A stretch of DNA of 62,602 bases, counting the filler. It is 13 parts of 13 records of this genome, joined end to end, with 100 filler letters (N's around TTAATTAATTAA, not from the genome) between each part and the next. Parts side by side here need not be neighbours in the genome. Positions count along the whole stretch, not along the records: positions 50,601 to 53,365 come from SRR11831586_852; positions 53,466 to 59,836 come from SRR11831586_855; positions 59,937 to 62,602 come from SRR11831586_857; 10 more parts are not named here. The stretch is one strand, 5' to 3'. How positions within the stretch are numbered: the first letter of the stretch is position 1; every line of letters starts with the position of its first letter. A program made the position numbers and the translations under genes. The notes beneath the pieces were generated by a model. The model worked only from the letters and a program-made list of their open reading frames with translations. It had not been told where the DNA came from and ran no database searches. Shown here piece after piece: positions 50,778 through 62,602 of the stretch.

Positions 50778-53216
50778 GGAATACACCCGTGGATCTAGCC
50801 GTGGAGGCAGGCCATGAAGAGTGTGCGCGCTTTCTGCTTGACCACGGTGCGGCCGCTGTGTGGGCCAACAACGACAACAGCCCCCTACATCGCGTACGCG
50901 CCACAAACTGAGGGATGGGAACGGGTTGTCGGATGTCATGGTTTCTGTAATTATACGCTTCACTGAATGCTCGGTCTGGCTCTTCTTAAGAGCTCTGTGT
51001 TATGTGTGTGTGTGTTACCGCGGCTGTGCGCGGAGTGCGTTCTGAGGGCGTTTGCGATGTGCTATAGGCGATTTCTGTGGGTACGGATGCGGCTACAGCG
51101 TGTGCGATGATGATCGTGGAGAAGACCAAGGCCTGGGAGCACAAGGACGTTGCTGGTGCGTTCCGTACACCAAACGAGCGTAGGATAAGTTGTGTTTTCT
51201 TGGAAACTTACCGGACGTTGCCTGTGAAAGATGTTGTCGTGTATGTGATCATGTCACTGACCCGAAATCGGATGTTTCTGCTGTTGCAGGACGAACACCG
51301 TTGCATCTTGCTGCGGGCTGTGGTAATCGCGTTTTATGCGAGTACCTCCTGCAAAGGGGAGTGTCCGTTGATTCCACAGATACCATCGCAGGTACATAGT
51401 TCCCTGTTCGTTCGTGCCCGTGCTTGCTCTTTCTGTAAATGTGAACCGCTGTTGTGTTAACGTGTATCATATTGTCTGTGTACAGTTGTAGTGTGCGTTG
51501 ACTCACCGCATATGAGGTTGTAGCGCGCACTCCTCTGTTCTATGCGGCATGCAGCTCTCAGACAGCGTGTGTGGACCTGCTCTTGCAATACGGGGCAGAC
51601 GTGCTACACAGGGACACAACCACCGAACAACGCACCGCGTTATTATTTTTGCTGTTTGTCATTGAATCACAACCAAAAGTACGCCATCATCCGGATGTAA
51701 GGAGATTGTACCCTGTTGCCCTGTATCTTTTCGCGTAATAGTGTTGGAGGCACCTCCTATCTGTTTCCATCTCGCGCCGACGCTGTATGATTTGTGGTGC
51801 AGGATCCCTACGACCATCTGCACGATATAAGAGAGGCGTCGGAGGCGGTGCTGGCGGATATACGGGCGCGCCCTGTGCGTGTGGCTGCGGCCCTTGTGAG
51901 GAAGCTGGAGCTGCAGAAGGTGCGTGTGTGCGTTCGTGTGTGTGTGTGGTGGGTGGGGGGGTTGCTAGTTTGTTCGTCACGTATATATTGGTGGGAGGTC
52001 CGTTGTTTTCGTGCGTCGCGCACAGTTGCTGATCGACTGCTGTTGCTGCTGCATCGCAGATTGTGTCGCAGTTGGCGTTAAAAGAGCGCAAGGCGTACAA
52101 GGAGAGAGCATCCGTGCGGGAGAGAGCGCTAGGGGAACTGAAAAGCTCACTTGCTACGGTATGTTGTGTCCGCTGTGGGTGATATAGATGTCTTGGTTGC
52201 GTACACGGTCTCGTGACAGTGAGGGATTTTTGCACATGTAGGTGTGTGGGGAACATGGAGCCACTGTCGCTTGTTGCTGCGCATCTCTCATGTGTATTTA
52301 CGGTCGTCGTCGTTGTGTAGGTCGAGCAGCAGCGTCGAGCACTCGAACAGGAGACCTTGCACAAGAGTCAGATGCTCGAGGCCGCCGCAGCGCAGTTGCA
52401 CGACCTGGAGACGTCCGCCGTGATCGAGAGCGACGAGACGGGCGCCAAGGGAAAGGTGCGTTGGTTGAGGATTGCAAAGTTATTCGCAGGAATGGGGCGA
52501 GTCGTTGAACGCCCTCTCCTGTATTCACATAACTCTCACCAGTCTCACGTACTGCTTGTGTGTTTCATAGAACCGCGAGCGCAGCTCCTCACCCACGACG
52601 CGCAGCAAACTCCTCTCCCGCAGACCAGGATGTATGCCGCGTATATCCGCTGAACACAATGTCACACCAAGTGTTCCTGTGTGTTGCGCACCTGCAAAAG
52701 CAGTCACGTGTGTCCTCGCTTTCACTAACGATCGGTTGCTGCAGCCGCTGTCTCGTCCGCCAGTCACCGTGTGTCAGAGTCGCCGCATTCGCCCGGCGGC
52801 CACTCCTCCAGCCCTCGTGACTCTCTCAAACGCCGCCCGTCTCGCAATGCGTCATCACCCCACGGTACGACAACTCCATACACACGACGTCCTGCGTCGT
52901 ACCTGGCGTGTATCCAGCGTGTTGGTTCGATGTGGGTGCAAGCCACTCCTATGGCACGCCCATACGCGTACACCGTCCTCATGTGCTGCTGCTCTCGGTC
53001 ACCTACACATACTACGTGCTAACGGCTGTGTCTGTAGGCGAGCGACGGCGCCTGCCCGACGTGTACGGCATGCATCTGCGCACGGGGGCCATCACAGCGG
53101 ACGAGCTTCTGATGAGTCCACGGCGGAAGGCACGGGAGCTGTTGATGGAGCCGCCGCTGCACTTCCTCAATGAGACCGAGAACAACCTGGCGCTGCGTCA
53201 GCTCTGGGGCAGGTGA
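50778..53216 (+). CDS. eukaryotic ankyrin-repeat plus coiled-coil protein, 3' ten exons
   Basis: exons 50778-50893, 51068-51155, 51290-51391, 51524-51678, 51803-51919, 52060-52158, 52321-52455, 52571-52631, 52745-52864 and 53038-53216 are phase-compatible; ankyrin motifs GNTPVDLA, NSPLHRA, GRTPLHLAA and RTPLFYAA. Confidence 0.75.
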
Positions 53217-53465
53217 TGTGCCCCTGGGTGTGGAGGAGTGCGCTGCGTGTGTTTAGTGGGTCTCGCTCGATGTATATGATCAGTGATAAAGGAAGGAAAA
53301 CGTTGCGCCAGACGAATATATGTATGCTCGTTTTTATCCACTCACAGGTAAGTGACATGGAAAAANNNNNNNNNNNNNNNNNNNNNNNNNNNNNNNNNNN
53401 NNNNNNNNNTTAATTAATTAANNNNNNNNNNNNNNNNNNNNNNNNNNNNNNNNNNNNNNNNNNNN

Positions 53466-53766
53466 ATTAAAAGCGGCAGGTCGTAAAGTGACTCAGGCAG
53501 GCTACCCTGAAGATCATCTCGATACGTTGTACAGTCATCAAAACTGTGAAGTGACTGGCTGGGCGCAAACGTCGGTGATGTCACATCAGTGCGATACCTT
53601 GCCGGGTGACAGCGGTTCGCCTCTGATGTTGCATACCGATGACGGCTGGCAATTAATTGGGGTGCAAAGTTCGGCTCCTGCCGCGAAAGATCGCTGGCGC
53701 GCCGATAACCGGGCCATTTCTGTTACCGGTTTTCGCGACAAGCTGGATCAACTGTCGCAAAAATAA
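53466..53766 (+). CDS. ydgD: trypsin-like serine protease YdgD, 3' end
   Basis: [12 protein letters not shown] catalytic Ser motif; adjacent to mdtI. Confidence 0.9.
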
Positions 53767-53804
53767 TGTTCAAACGCTGCCCGACAGCGCGGGCAGCGTC
53801 TTCA

Positions 53805-54134
53805 TCAGGCAAGTTTCACCATGATCATTCCAGCCAACAGCAAGACCAGGCCAATCCAGCCTTTACGATTTAACCGTTGACCAAACAAGATCCAACCTGC
53901 GGCTAACGTGGCGGCAATACCAAACCCGCCCCACAATGCATAAGCGACAGACAAGTCGATCCCTTTAACGGCTTGAGAAAGCGCACTAAAGGCAGCCAGC
54001 ACCGCCGCCAGGGAGAGCAAGCCAAATATTTTGCGACGAAAGCCGTCAGAAAATTTCAAAAAGACGTTAGCAACGATTTCCAGCACGATTGCCAATGCCA
54101 GCCAGGCGGCGTGAACCCATTCAAACTGCGCCAT
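53805..54134 (-). CDS. mdtI: spermidine exporter SMR subunit
   Basis: 109 aa SMR family; [10 protein letters not shown] and AYALWGG. Confidence 0.95.
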
Positions 54135-54486
54135 GGTTCACCTCCAGTTCAGGTTTACGCGCTTTACGGGTACCTGATTTTATCAACACAATCCCGGCGA
54201 CCAGGGTGGTTAACCCGGCAATTTTCATCAGCGATAAACTTTCGTCGAATAACAAAACGCTAAACAAGGTAATAAATAAAATACCGATACCTTCCCACAG
54301 CGCATAAGCTACGCCTAAGGCGATTTTTTTAACGGCGAAAGAGAGAAATATATACGACAGAGAAATCATCACCAGCATTAAAATAAAGCCGCCATTTCCC
54401 TCACTGACGCTCGCCCATTTCATTGACAGCGTACCGGTAATTTCTGTAGCAATAGCCAGACCTAATAAAATCCAATAAATATACAT
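54121..54486 (-). CDS. mdtJ: spermidine exporter SMR subunit
   Basis: 121 aa SMR family; [10 protein letters not shown] and AYALWEGIG. Confidence 0.95.
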
Positions 54487-54528
54487 TGTCCTTCTCCTGC
54501 AAGAGAATTATTTTAATTTTCGCTTAAT

Positions 54529-54621
54529 TCAGCGAAACCAAAGTAAAGTGGTCAAGCCCCGCGCATAGCGCAAGCTTTGGCAGAAGAAAGGACTAAAGCG
54601 CGTTGCGCCAGTGCTGCTCAC
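54529..54621 (-). CDS. mdtU: candidate leader peptide (uORF) of mdtJI
   Basis: GTG-initiated 30-aa ORF MSSTGATRFSPFFCQSLRYARGLTTLLWFR ending about 40 nt before mdtJ; a regulatory uORF is known at this locus; exact start uncertain. Confidence 0.55.
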   Translation of the reverse strand: MSSTGATRFSPFFCQSLRYARGLTTLLWFR

Positions 54622-54897
54622 CTACGAGCAAGATAGTGGATGAGGTACGAAGATGGGTAAATGTAGAAAATAACGTCCTGAACAAATTGTCCATAATATT
54701 ACAATTATCCGCAGTGTTGCTTCTCGTCATCGCGGATGATAATTGTCCTCGGTAGTTGAACACGCCTGATTTGTATCATAGCTTAAGAATTAACTCAAAA
54801 TATTTTCACTTCTTTACCTGAGCGGTTTGATTTTCGTTATGATGACGGAGCGAAAAAGACATTATTATTAGCAAAGGAAGAAAAAACGGGGACAAGC

Positions 54898-55932
54898 ATG
54901 GCAAAGCCGATCATCACGCTCAATGGCCTAAAAATCGTCATTATGTTGGGAATGCTGGTCATTATTCTCTGCGGTATCCGTTTTGCCGCCGAGATCATCG
55001 TGCCGTTTATTCTCGCATTATTTATTGCTGTTATTCTTAACCCGCTGGTGCAACACATGGTCCGCTGGCGTGTGCCGCGTGTACTGGCGGTGTCGATTTT
55101 GATGACCATCATCGTGATGGCGATGGTGTTGCTATTAGCTTATCTGGGTTCCGCGCTCAACGAGTTGACGCGGACGTTACCGCAATATCGCAACTCTATT
55201 ATGACGCCGCTGCAAGCGCTTGAACCGTTGTTGCAACGCGTAGGGATTGACGTCTCAGTTGACCAGCTGGCGCATTATATTGATCCGAACGCGGCGATGA
55301 CGTTGCTCACCAACTTATTGACGCAGTTATCTAATGCCATGTCATCAATATTTTTATTGCTGCTGACGGTGCTGTTTATGCTGCTCGAAGTGCCACAATT
55401 GCCCGGAAAATTTCAGCAAATGATGGCGCGTCCGGTTGAAGGGATGGCGGCGATTCAACGTGCGATTGACAGTGTTTCTCATTATCTGGTGCTGAAAACA
55501 GCCATCAGCATCATCACCGGCCTGGTCGCCTGGGCGATGCTCGCCGCACTCGATGTTCGCTTCGCTTTTGTCTGGGGATTGCTGGCCTTTGCGCTTAATT
55601 ACATCCCGAATATTGGTTCAGTCCTCGCGGCAATCCCCCCTATCGCTCAGGTACTGGTGTTTAATGGCTTCTACGAAGCGTTGCTGGTGCTGGCGGGATA
55701 TCTGCTGATTAATCTGGTCTTCGGCAATATTCTGGAGCCGCGTATCATGGGGCGTGGGCTGGGGCTTTCCACATTGGTGGTATTTTTGTCGTTGATTTTT
55801 TGGGGATGGTTGTTAGGACCGGTGGGTATGCTGCTTTCCGTGCCGTTGACAATTATTGTCAAAATTGCGCTTGAACAAACAGCGGGAGGTCAAAGCATCG
55901 CCGTTCTGTTAAGCGATCTCAATAAAGAGTGA
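54898..55932 (+). CDS. tqsA: AI-2E family transporter
   Basis: 344 aa, hydrophobic; LNYIPNIGS and [16 protein letters not shown] motifs. Confidence 0.94.
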
Positions 55933-55953
55933 CGGCCTCAGCAGAGGCCGTCA
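55930..55953. terminator. hairpin between convergent tqsA and pntB
   Basis: TGACGGCCTC-AGCA-GAGGCCGTCA. Confidence 0.7.
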
Positions 55954-55956
55954 GGG

Positions 55957-57348
<1,392 letters not shown>

Positions 57349-57355
57349 TTACCCC

Positions 57356-58951
<1,596 letters not shown>

Positions 58952-59412
58952 TCATGTACGAGCTAAATGTTAACTCCGTTAAAATAAATTAGTAACAAAC
59001 GCCCTATAACGTACTGAAAATTATGCCTGTGATCTAGCGCCAAAAATCAGTATTTCGGCGTGAACTCGCAAAATATTAACGATTCAGCCGTGATAGTGGG
59101 ATAAACACCTTAGAACGCCGGATAAAGACTGATAATTGTCTTCGACGGTCGGGTAAAACGAGACATCGCCCCGGCACGAATCACTACTTAACATTAAATT
59201 AACTTATACAATTCAGTTGCTTCAGTAGTAATGATGCTGATACGGCTGTTTTTTAAGCATAGACGGTCATTTGAGCAGGATTAAAATTGGCTTAAGGAAT
59301 GTGATATGAAAAATGACGCAGACAGTTACACCGTTTAAATGCAATAATCAGCCACGTTTCTCGTTAATAACAATACCAGTACCTGGTTTGCGCAAGGCGA
59401 AGGATTATTTTT

Positions 59413-59836
59413 ATGAAGCTTAAGAACACCCTCCTGGCGTCGGCACTGCTTTCTGCTATGGCATTCTCCGTTAACGCAGCAACAGAACTGACACCGGAGC
59501 AAGCGGCAGCGGTTAAACCTTTTGACCGTGTAGTGGTTACCGGTCGTTTTAATGCTATTGGCGAAGCGGTGAAAGCCGTTTCTCGTCGCGCAGATAAAGA
59601 AGGTGCCGCCTCTTTTTATGTTGTCGACACTTCTGATTTTGGTAACAGCGGTAACTGGCGTGTGGTCGCTGCCTCTATAAAAGCCGATGCTGAAAAAAGC
59701 AGAAAGAAAACAAGTAATCGCGTAATTAACGGTGTTGTCGAACTGCCGAAAGATCAGGCTGTTCTGATTGAACCGTTTGACACGGTCACCGTCCAGGGCT
59801 TCTATCGTAGCCAGCCAGAAGTCAATGATGCCATCA
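59413..59836 (+). CDS. ydgH: DUF1471 periplasmic protein YdgH, 5' part
   Basis: Sec signal followed by AATELTPEQAAAVKPFDRV; local indels at about 59670-59715; truncated. Confidence 0.9.
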
Positions 59837-59936
59837 NNNNNNNNNNNNNNNNNNNNNNNNNNNNNNNNNNNNNNNNNNNNTTAATTAATTAANNNNNNNN
59901 NNNNNNNNNNNNNNNNNNNNNNNNNNNNNNNNNNNN

Positions 59937-60194
59937 CTCTCATCGCTGCATCAGCAAAATGCCGTACCGCCGCGCGTCGCAGAACAACTCTGCCGTTTAC
60001 TACGCCTGGCCATCATTTTTGCCAGCCGTCGCCGTGACGATCTCGTGCCAGAGATGACATTACAGGCTAACCATGAACTGTTGACCTTGACGCTTCCGCA
60101 AGGTTGGCTAACCCAACATCCGCTGGGTAAAGAGATTATTGCTCAGGAAAGCCAGTGGCAGAGCTATGTCCACTGGCCGCTGGAAGTGCATTAA
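59937..60194 (+). CDS. gpp: guanosine pentaphosphate phosphohydrolase, 3' end
   Basis: manual translation ...[21 protein letters not shown]...[25 protein letters not shown]; convergent with rep. Confidence 0.9.
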
Positions 60195-60202
60195 TGAGTA
60201 AG

Positions 60203-60238
60203 TGCCGGATGCGATGCTGACGCATCTTTTCCGGCCTT
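60203..60238. repeat. REP element between gpp and rep
   Basis: TGCCGGATGCGATGCTGACGCATCTTTTCCGGCCT. Confidence 0.82.
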
Positions 60239-60240
60239 GA

Positions 60241-62262
60241 TTATTTCCCTCGTTTTGCCGCCATCATCGCTTTCAGATTCGCCAGATGGCTTTGCCCTTT
60301 CTGCATCCGTTCTTCGGCGCTGACCACTTTGCGCTCCTGTTCCCAAATCAGATCATCCTGCGGCAGCTCCAGCAAAAAGCGGCTCGGCTCCGGGCGCACC
60401 AGTTCGCCGTACTGACGGCGTTCTTTACACAGCGTAAAGGTCAATTCCTTCTGGGCGCGGGTAATGCCGACATAGGCCAGCCGCCGCTCCTCATCGATAT
60501 TATCTTCATCGATGCTGCTCTGGTGCGGCAAAAACCCTTCTTCCATACCGACCATGTAGACATAAGGAAACTCCAGCCCTTTCGACGCGTGGAGAGTCAT
60601 CAGTTGCACCTGATCCAGCTCTTCTTCACTCTCACCACGCTCCATCATGTCGCGCAAAGTAAAGCGCGTCACCACCTGGGTGAGCGTCATCGGCTCATCC
60701 AGTTCACTGCCTTCCAGCATCTCCGTCATCCAGCTAAACAGTTGGTTGACGTTCTTCATGCGCATTTCGGCGGCTTTCGGGCTGGGCGATGTTTCGTACA
60801 GCCAGGATTCATAATCCATGCCATGGATCAGATCACGCACCGCGGCAATCGGCTCCCGCTCCGCCAGACGCTGGATTTCTGCCAACCAGTGAGTGAAGCG
60901 GGTCAATGCTTCATAACCACGTCCGCTAAGCGTCTGACTCAGGCCCATATCAAAGCTGGCGGTAAACATGCTTTTATTGCGCGTCATCGCCCACTCACCC
61001 AGCTTTTTCAGCGTAGCCGGGCCAATCTCTCGCTTCGGCGTGTTAACGATACGCAGAAATGCGCTGTCATCGTCCGGGTTAGTCAGCACGCGCAGATAAG
61101 CCAGCAAGTCCTTGATTTCAGGACGAGAGAAAAACGACGTACCACCAGATATTTTGTACGGGATGCGGTTTTGCATCAGGAATTTTTCAAACACCCGCGA
61201 CTGATGGTTACCGCGATAAAGAATGGCGTAATCTTTGTACTGCGTTTTATTGACGAAGTGATGGGCGATCAGCTCGCCAGTAACGCGCTCAGCCTCATGT
61301 TCTTCGTTATTCGCGCTTAATACTTTTAGCTCCGCGCCATAACCCAGTTCGGAGAACAGACGCTTTTCAAAGACGTGCGGGTTATTGGCGATCAGGATGT
61401 TCGCCGCTTTCAGAATACGCCCGGAAGAGCGATAGTTCTGCTCAAGCTTAATCACCTTCAGCGCCGGAAAATCCTGACTCAGCAGCACCAGGTTTTGCGG
61501 ACGTGCACCGCGCCAGGAGTAGATCGACTGGTCATCGTCACCCACCACGGTAAAGCGCGCGCGGCTGCCCACCAGCAGTTTCACCAGCTCATACTGGCTG
61601 GTGTTGGTGTCCTGATACTCATCCACCAGCAGATAGCGAATTTTGTTCTGCCAGCGCTTGCGGACTTCTTCATTGCGTTGCAGCAGCAACGTCGGCAATA
61701 AAATCAGATCATCGAAGTCGAGAACGTTACAGGCTTTCAGGTGTGCATCATACAGCCCATAACAATGGGCAAAAATACGGTCCCGCTCGCCAATCGCACT
61801 TGCTGCCGCCTGGGACGGTGTTTTGAGATCATTCTTCCAGTTAGAGATGGTCGAAATCAGTTGTTGCAGGAGAACTTTGTCATCTTCAATCAGCCCCTCG
61901 GTCAACTCTTTAAGCAAAGCAAGCTGATCGGTATCGTCAAACAACGAGAAGTTCGCTTTCATCCCAAGCGCCGCATACTCGCGTTTGATGATATCCAGCC
62001 CCAACGTATGGAAAGTGGAGATCATCAGCCCACGCGCCTCTTTGCGCCCCAGCGTCTGCCCTACACGCTCTTTCATCTCGCGCGCTGCTTTATTAGTAAA
62101 GGTCACCGCCGCAATGTGCCGCGCCTGATAACCGCAACCGCGGATCAGATGGGCGATTTTATTGGTGATAACACGAGTTTTACCGGAACCCGCGCCCGCC
62201 AGCACCAGGCAGGGGCCGGTAACGAATTCGACAGCTTGTTGTTGGCCGGGGTTTAGACGCAT
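60241..62262 (-). CDS. rep: SF1 DNA helicase Rep
   Basis: [11 protein letters not shown] start at 62262 gives 673 aa; [23 protein letters not shown] and [13 protein letters not shown] motifs. Confidence 0.98.
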   Translation of the reverse strand: MRLNPGQQQAVEFVTGPCLVLAGAGSGKTRVITNKIAHLIRGCGYQARHIAAVTFTNKAAREMKERVGQTLGRKEARGLMISTFHTLGLDIIKREYAALGMKANFSLFDDTDQLALLKELTEGLIEDDKVLLQQLISTISNWKNDLKTPSQAAASAIGERDRIFAHCYGLYDAHLKACNVLDFDDLILLPTLLLQRNEEVRKRWQNKIRYLLVDEYQDTNTSQYELVKLLVGSRARFTVVGDDDQSIYSWRGARPQNLVLLSQDFPALKVIKLEQNYRSSGRILKAANILIANNPHVFEKRLFSELGYGAELKVLSANNEEHEAERVTGELIAHHFVNKTQYKDYAILYRGNHQSRVFEKFLMQNRIPYKISGGTSFFSRPEIKDLLAYLRVLTNPDDDSAFLRIVNTPKREIGPATLKKLGEWAMTRNKSMFTASFDMGLSQTLSGRGYEALTRFTHWLAEIQRLAEREPIAAVRDLIHGMDYESWLYETSPSPKAAEMRMKNVNQLFSWMTEMLEGSELDEPMTLTQVVTRFTLRDMMERGESEEELDQVQLMTLHASKGLEFPYVYMVGMEEGFLPHQSSIDEDNIDEERRLAYVGITRAQKELTFTLCKERRQYGELVRPEPSRFLLELPQDDLIWEQERKVVSAEERMQKGQSHLANLKAMMAAKRGK

Positions 62263-62478
62263 AGGTGTATTGCTCAATCTTCGAACGGGGGTAGGATTGT
62301 AGCAGAATCGCATTTGAATGTGACCGCGTGTAAGCCGCTAACCGGTTGGCTGCGGATGTTTAAATCAGAGAGAGAAGACCGAAATCGGAGTTCATCGTGA
62401 ATCCATTAGACTTAGAAAATATCGGGTCGTAACGTTGTGTTATTACTTTTTCAGAGTTTACTAAGGAGAGGTTTACTC

Positions 62479-62602
62479 GTGGCGATTAATTTCAGCCCTA
62501 AGGTTGGTGAAATACTGGAATGCAACTTTGGTAACTATCCTGTTAGCCAAAATGGACCGTTCAGCACGACGTATTACGATGGCCGCATTCCTCCTGAAAT
62601 GA
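62479..62602 (+). CDS. yifN: YifN (PemK/MazF-like family), 5' fragment; annotated as a pseudogene in K-12
   Basis: AAGGAG RBS then GTG; MAINFSPKVGEILECNFG...DGRIPPEM; divergent from rep; runs off the window. Confidence 0.7.
   Translation, partial: MAINFSPKVGEILECNFGNYPVSQNGPFSTTYYDGRIPPEM

Overview
This window is not a contiguous locus. It is a pseudomolecule of 13 contigs joined by 12 identical 100-nt artificial spacers (44 N + TTAATTAATTAA + 44 N). Nine contigs are ordinary Escherichia coli (K-12-like) chromosome from unlinked regions: rhaDM-frvABXR-yiiG-fdhD-fdoG', yhfZ..S/php, acrB'AR-mscK, aer-patA-ygjH-ebgRA', ybhD'-pgl-ybhA-modC', prpCDE, tcdA-csdEA-ygdI', ydgD'-mdtJI-tqsA-pntAB-ydgH' and gpp'-rep-yifN'. 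Several break at REP elements, and some carry homopolymer-type indels. Four contigs (22874-25577, 25678-29737, 45257-47414, 50601-53365) come from an unidentified, intron-rich, TG-microsatellite-rich aerobic eukaryote that uses the standard code and short GT-AG introns. The ORF track misses their spliced genes. By manual splicing I reconstruct: the 3' end of an SLC35C/GDP-fucose-type transporter; a complete Gemin6-like (SMN complex) gene with a decayed inverted copy next to it; a giant IPT/TIG-repeat gene built from one-domain phase-1 exons in a three-domain super-repeat; a head-to-head cytochrome c1 / TBP pair; and an ankyrin plus coiled-coil gene. The most interesting material is eukaryotic. 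I see no evidence of a new bacterial system. All identifications rest on recalled family motifs; no database search was run.
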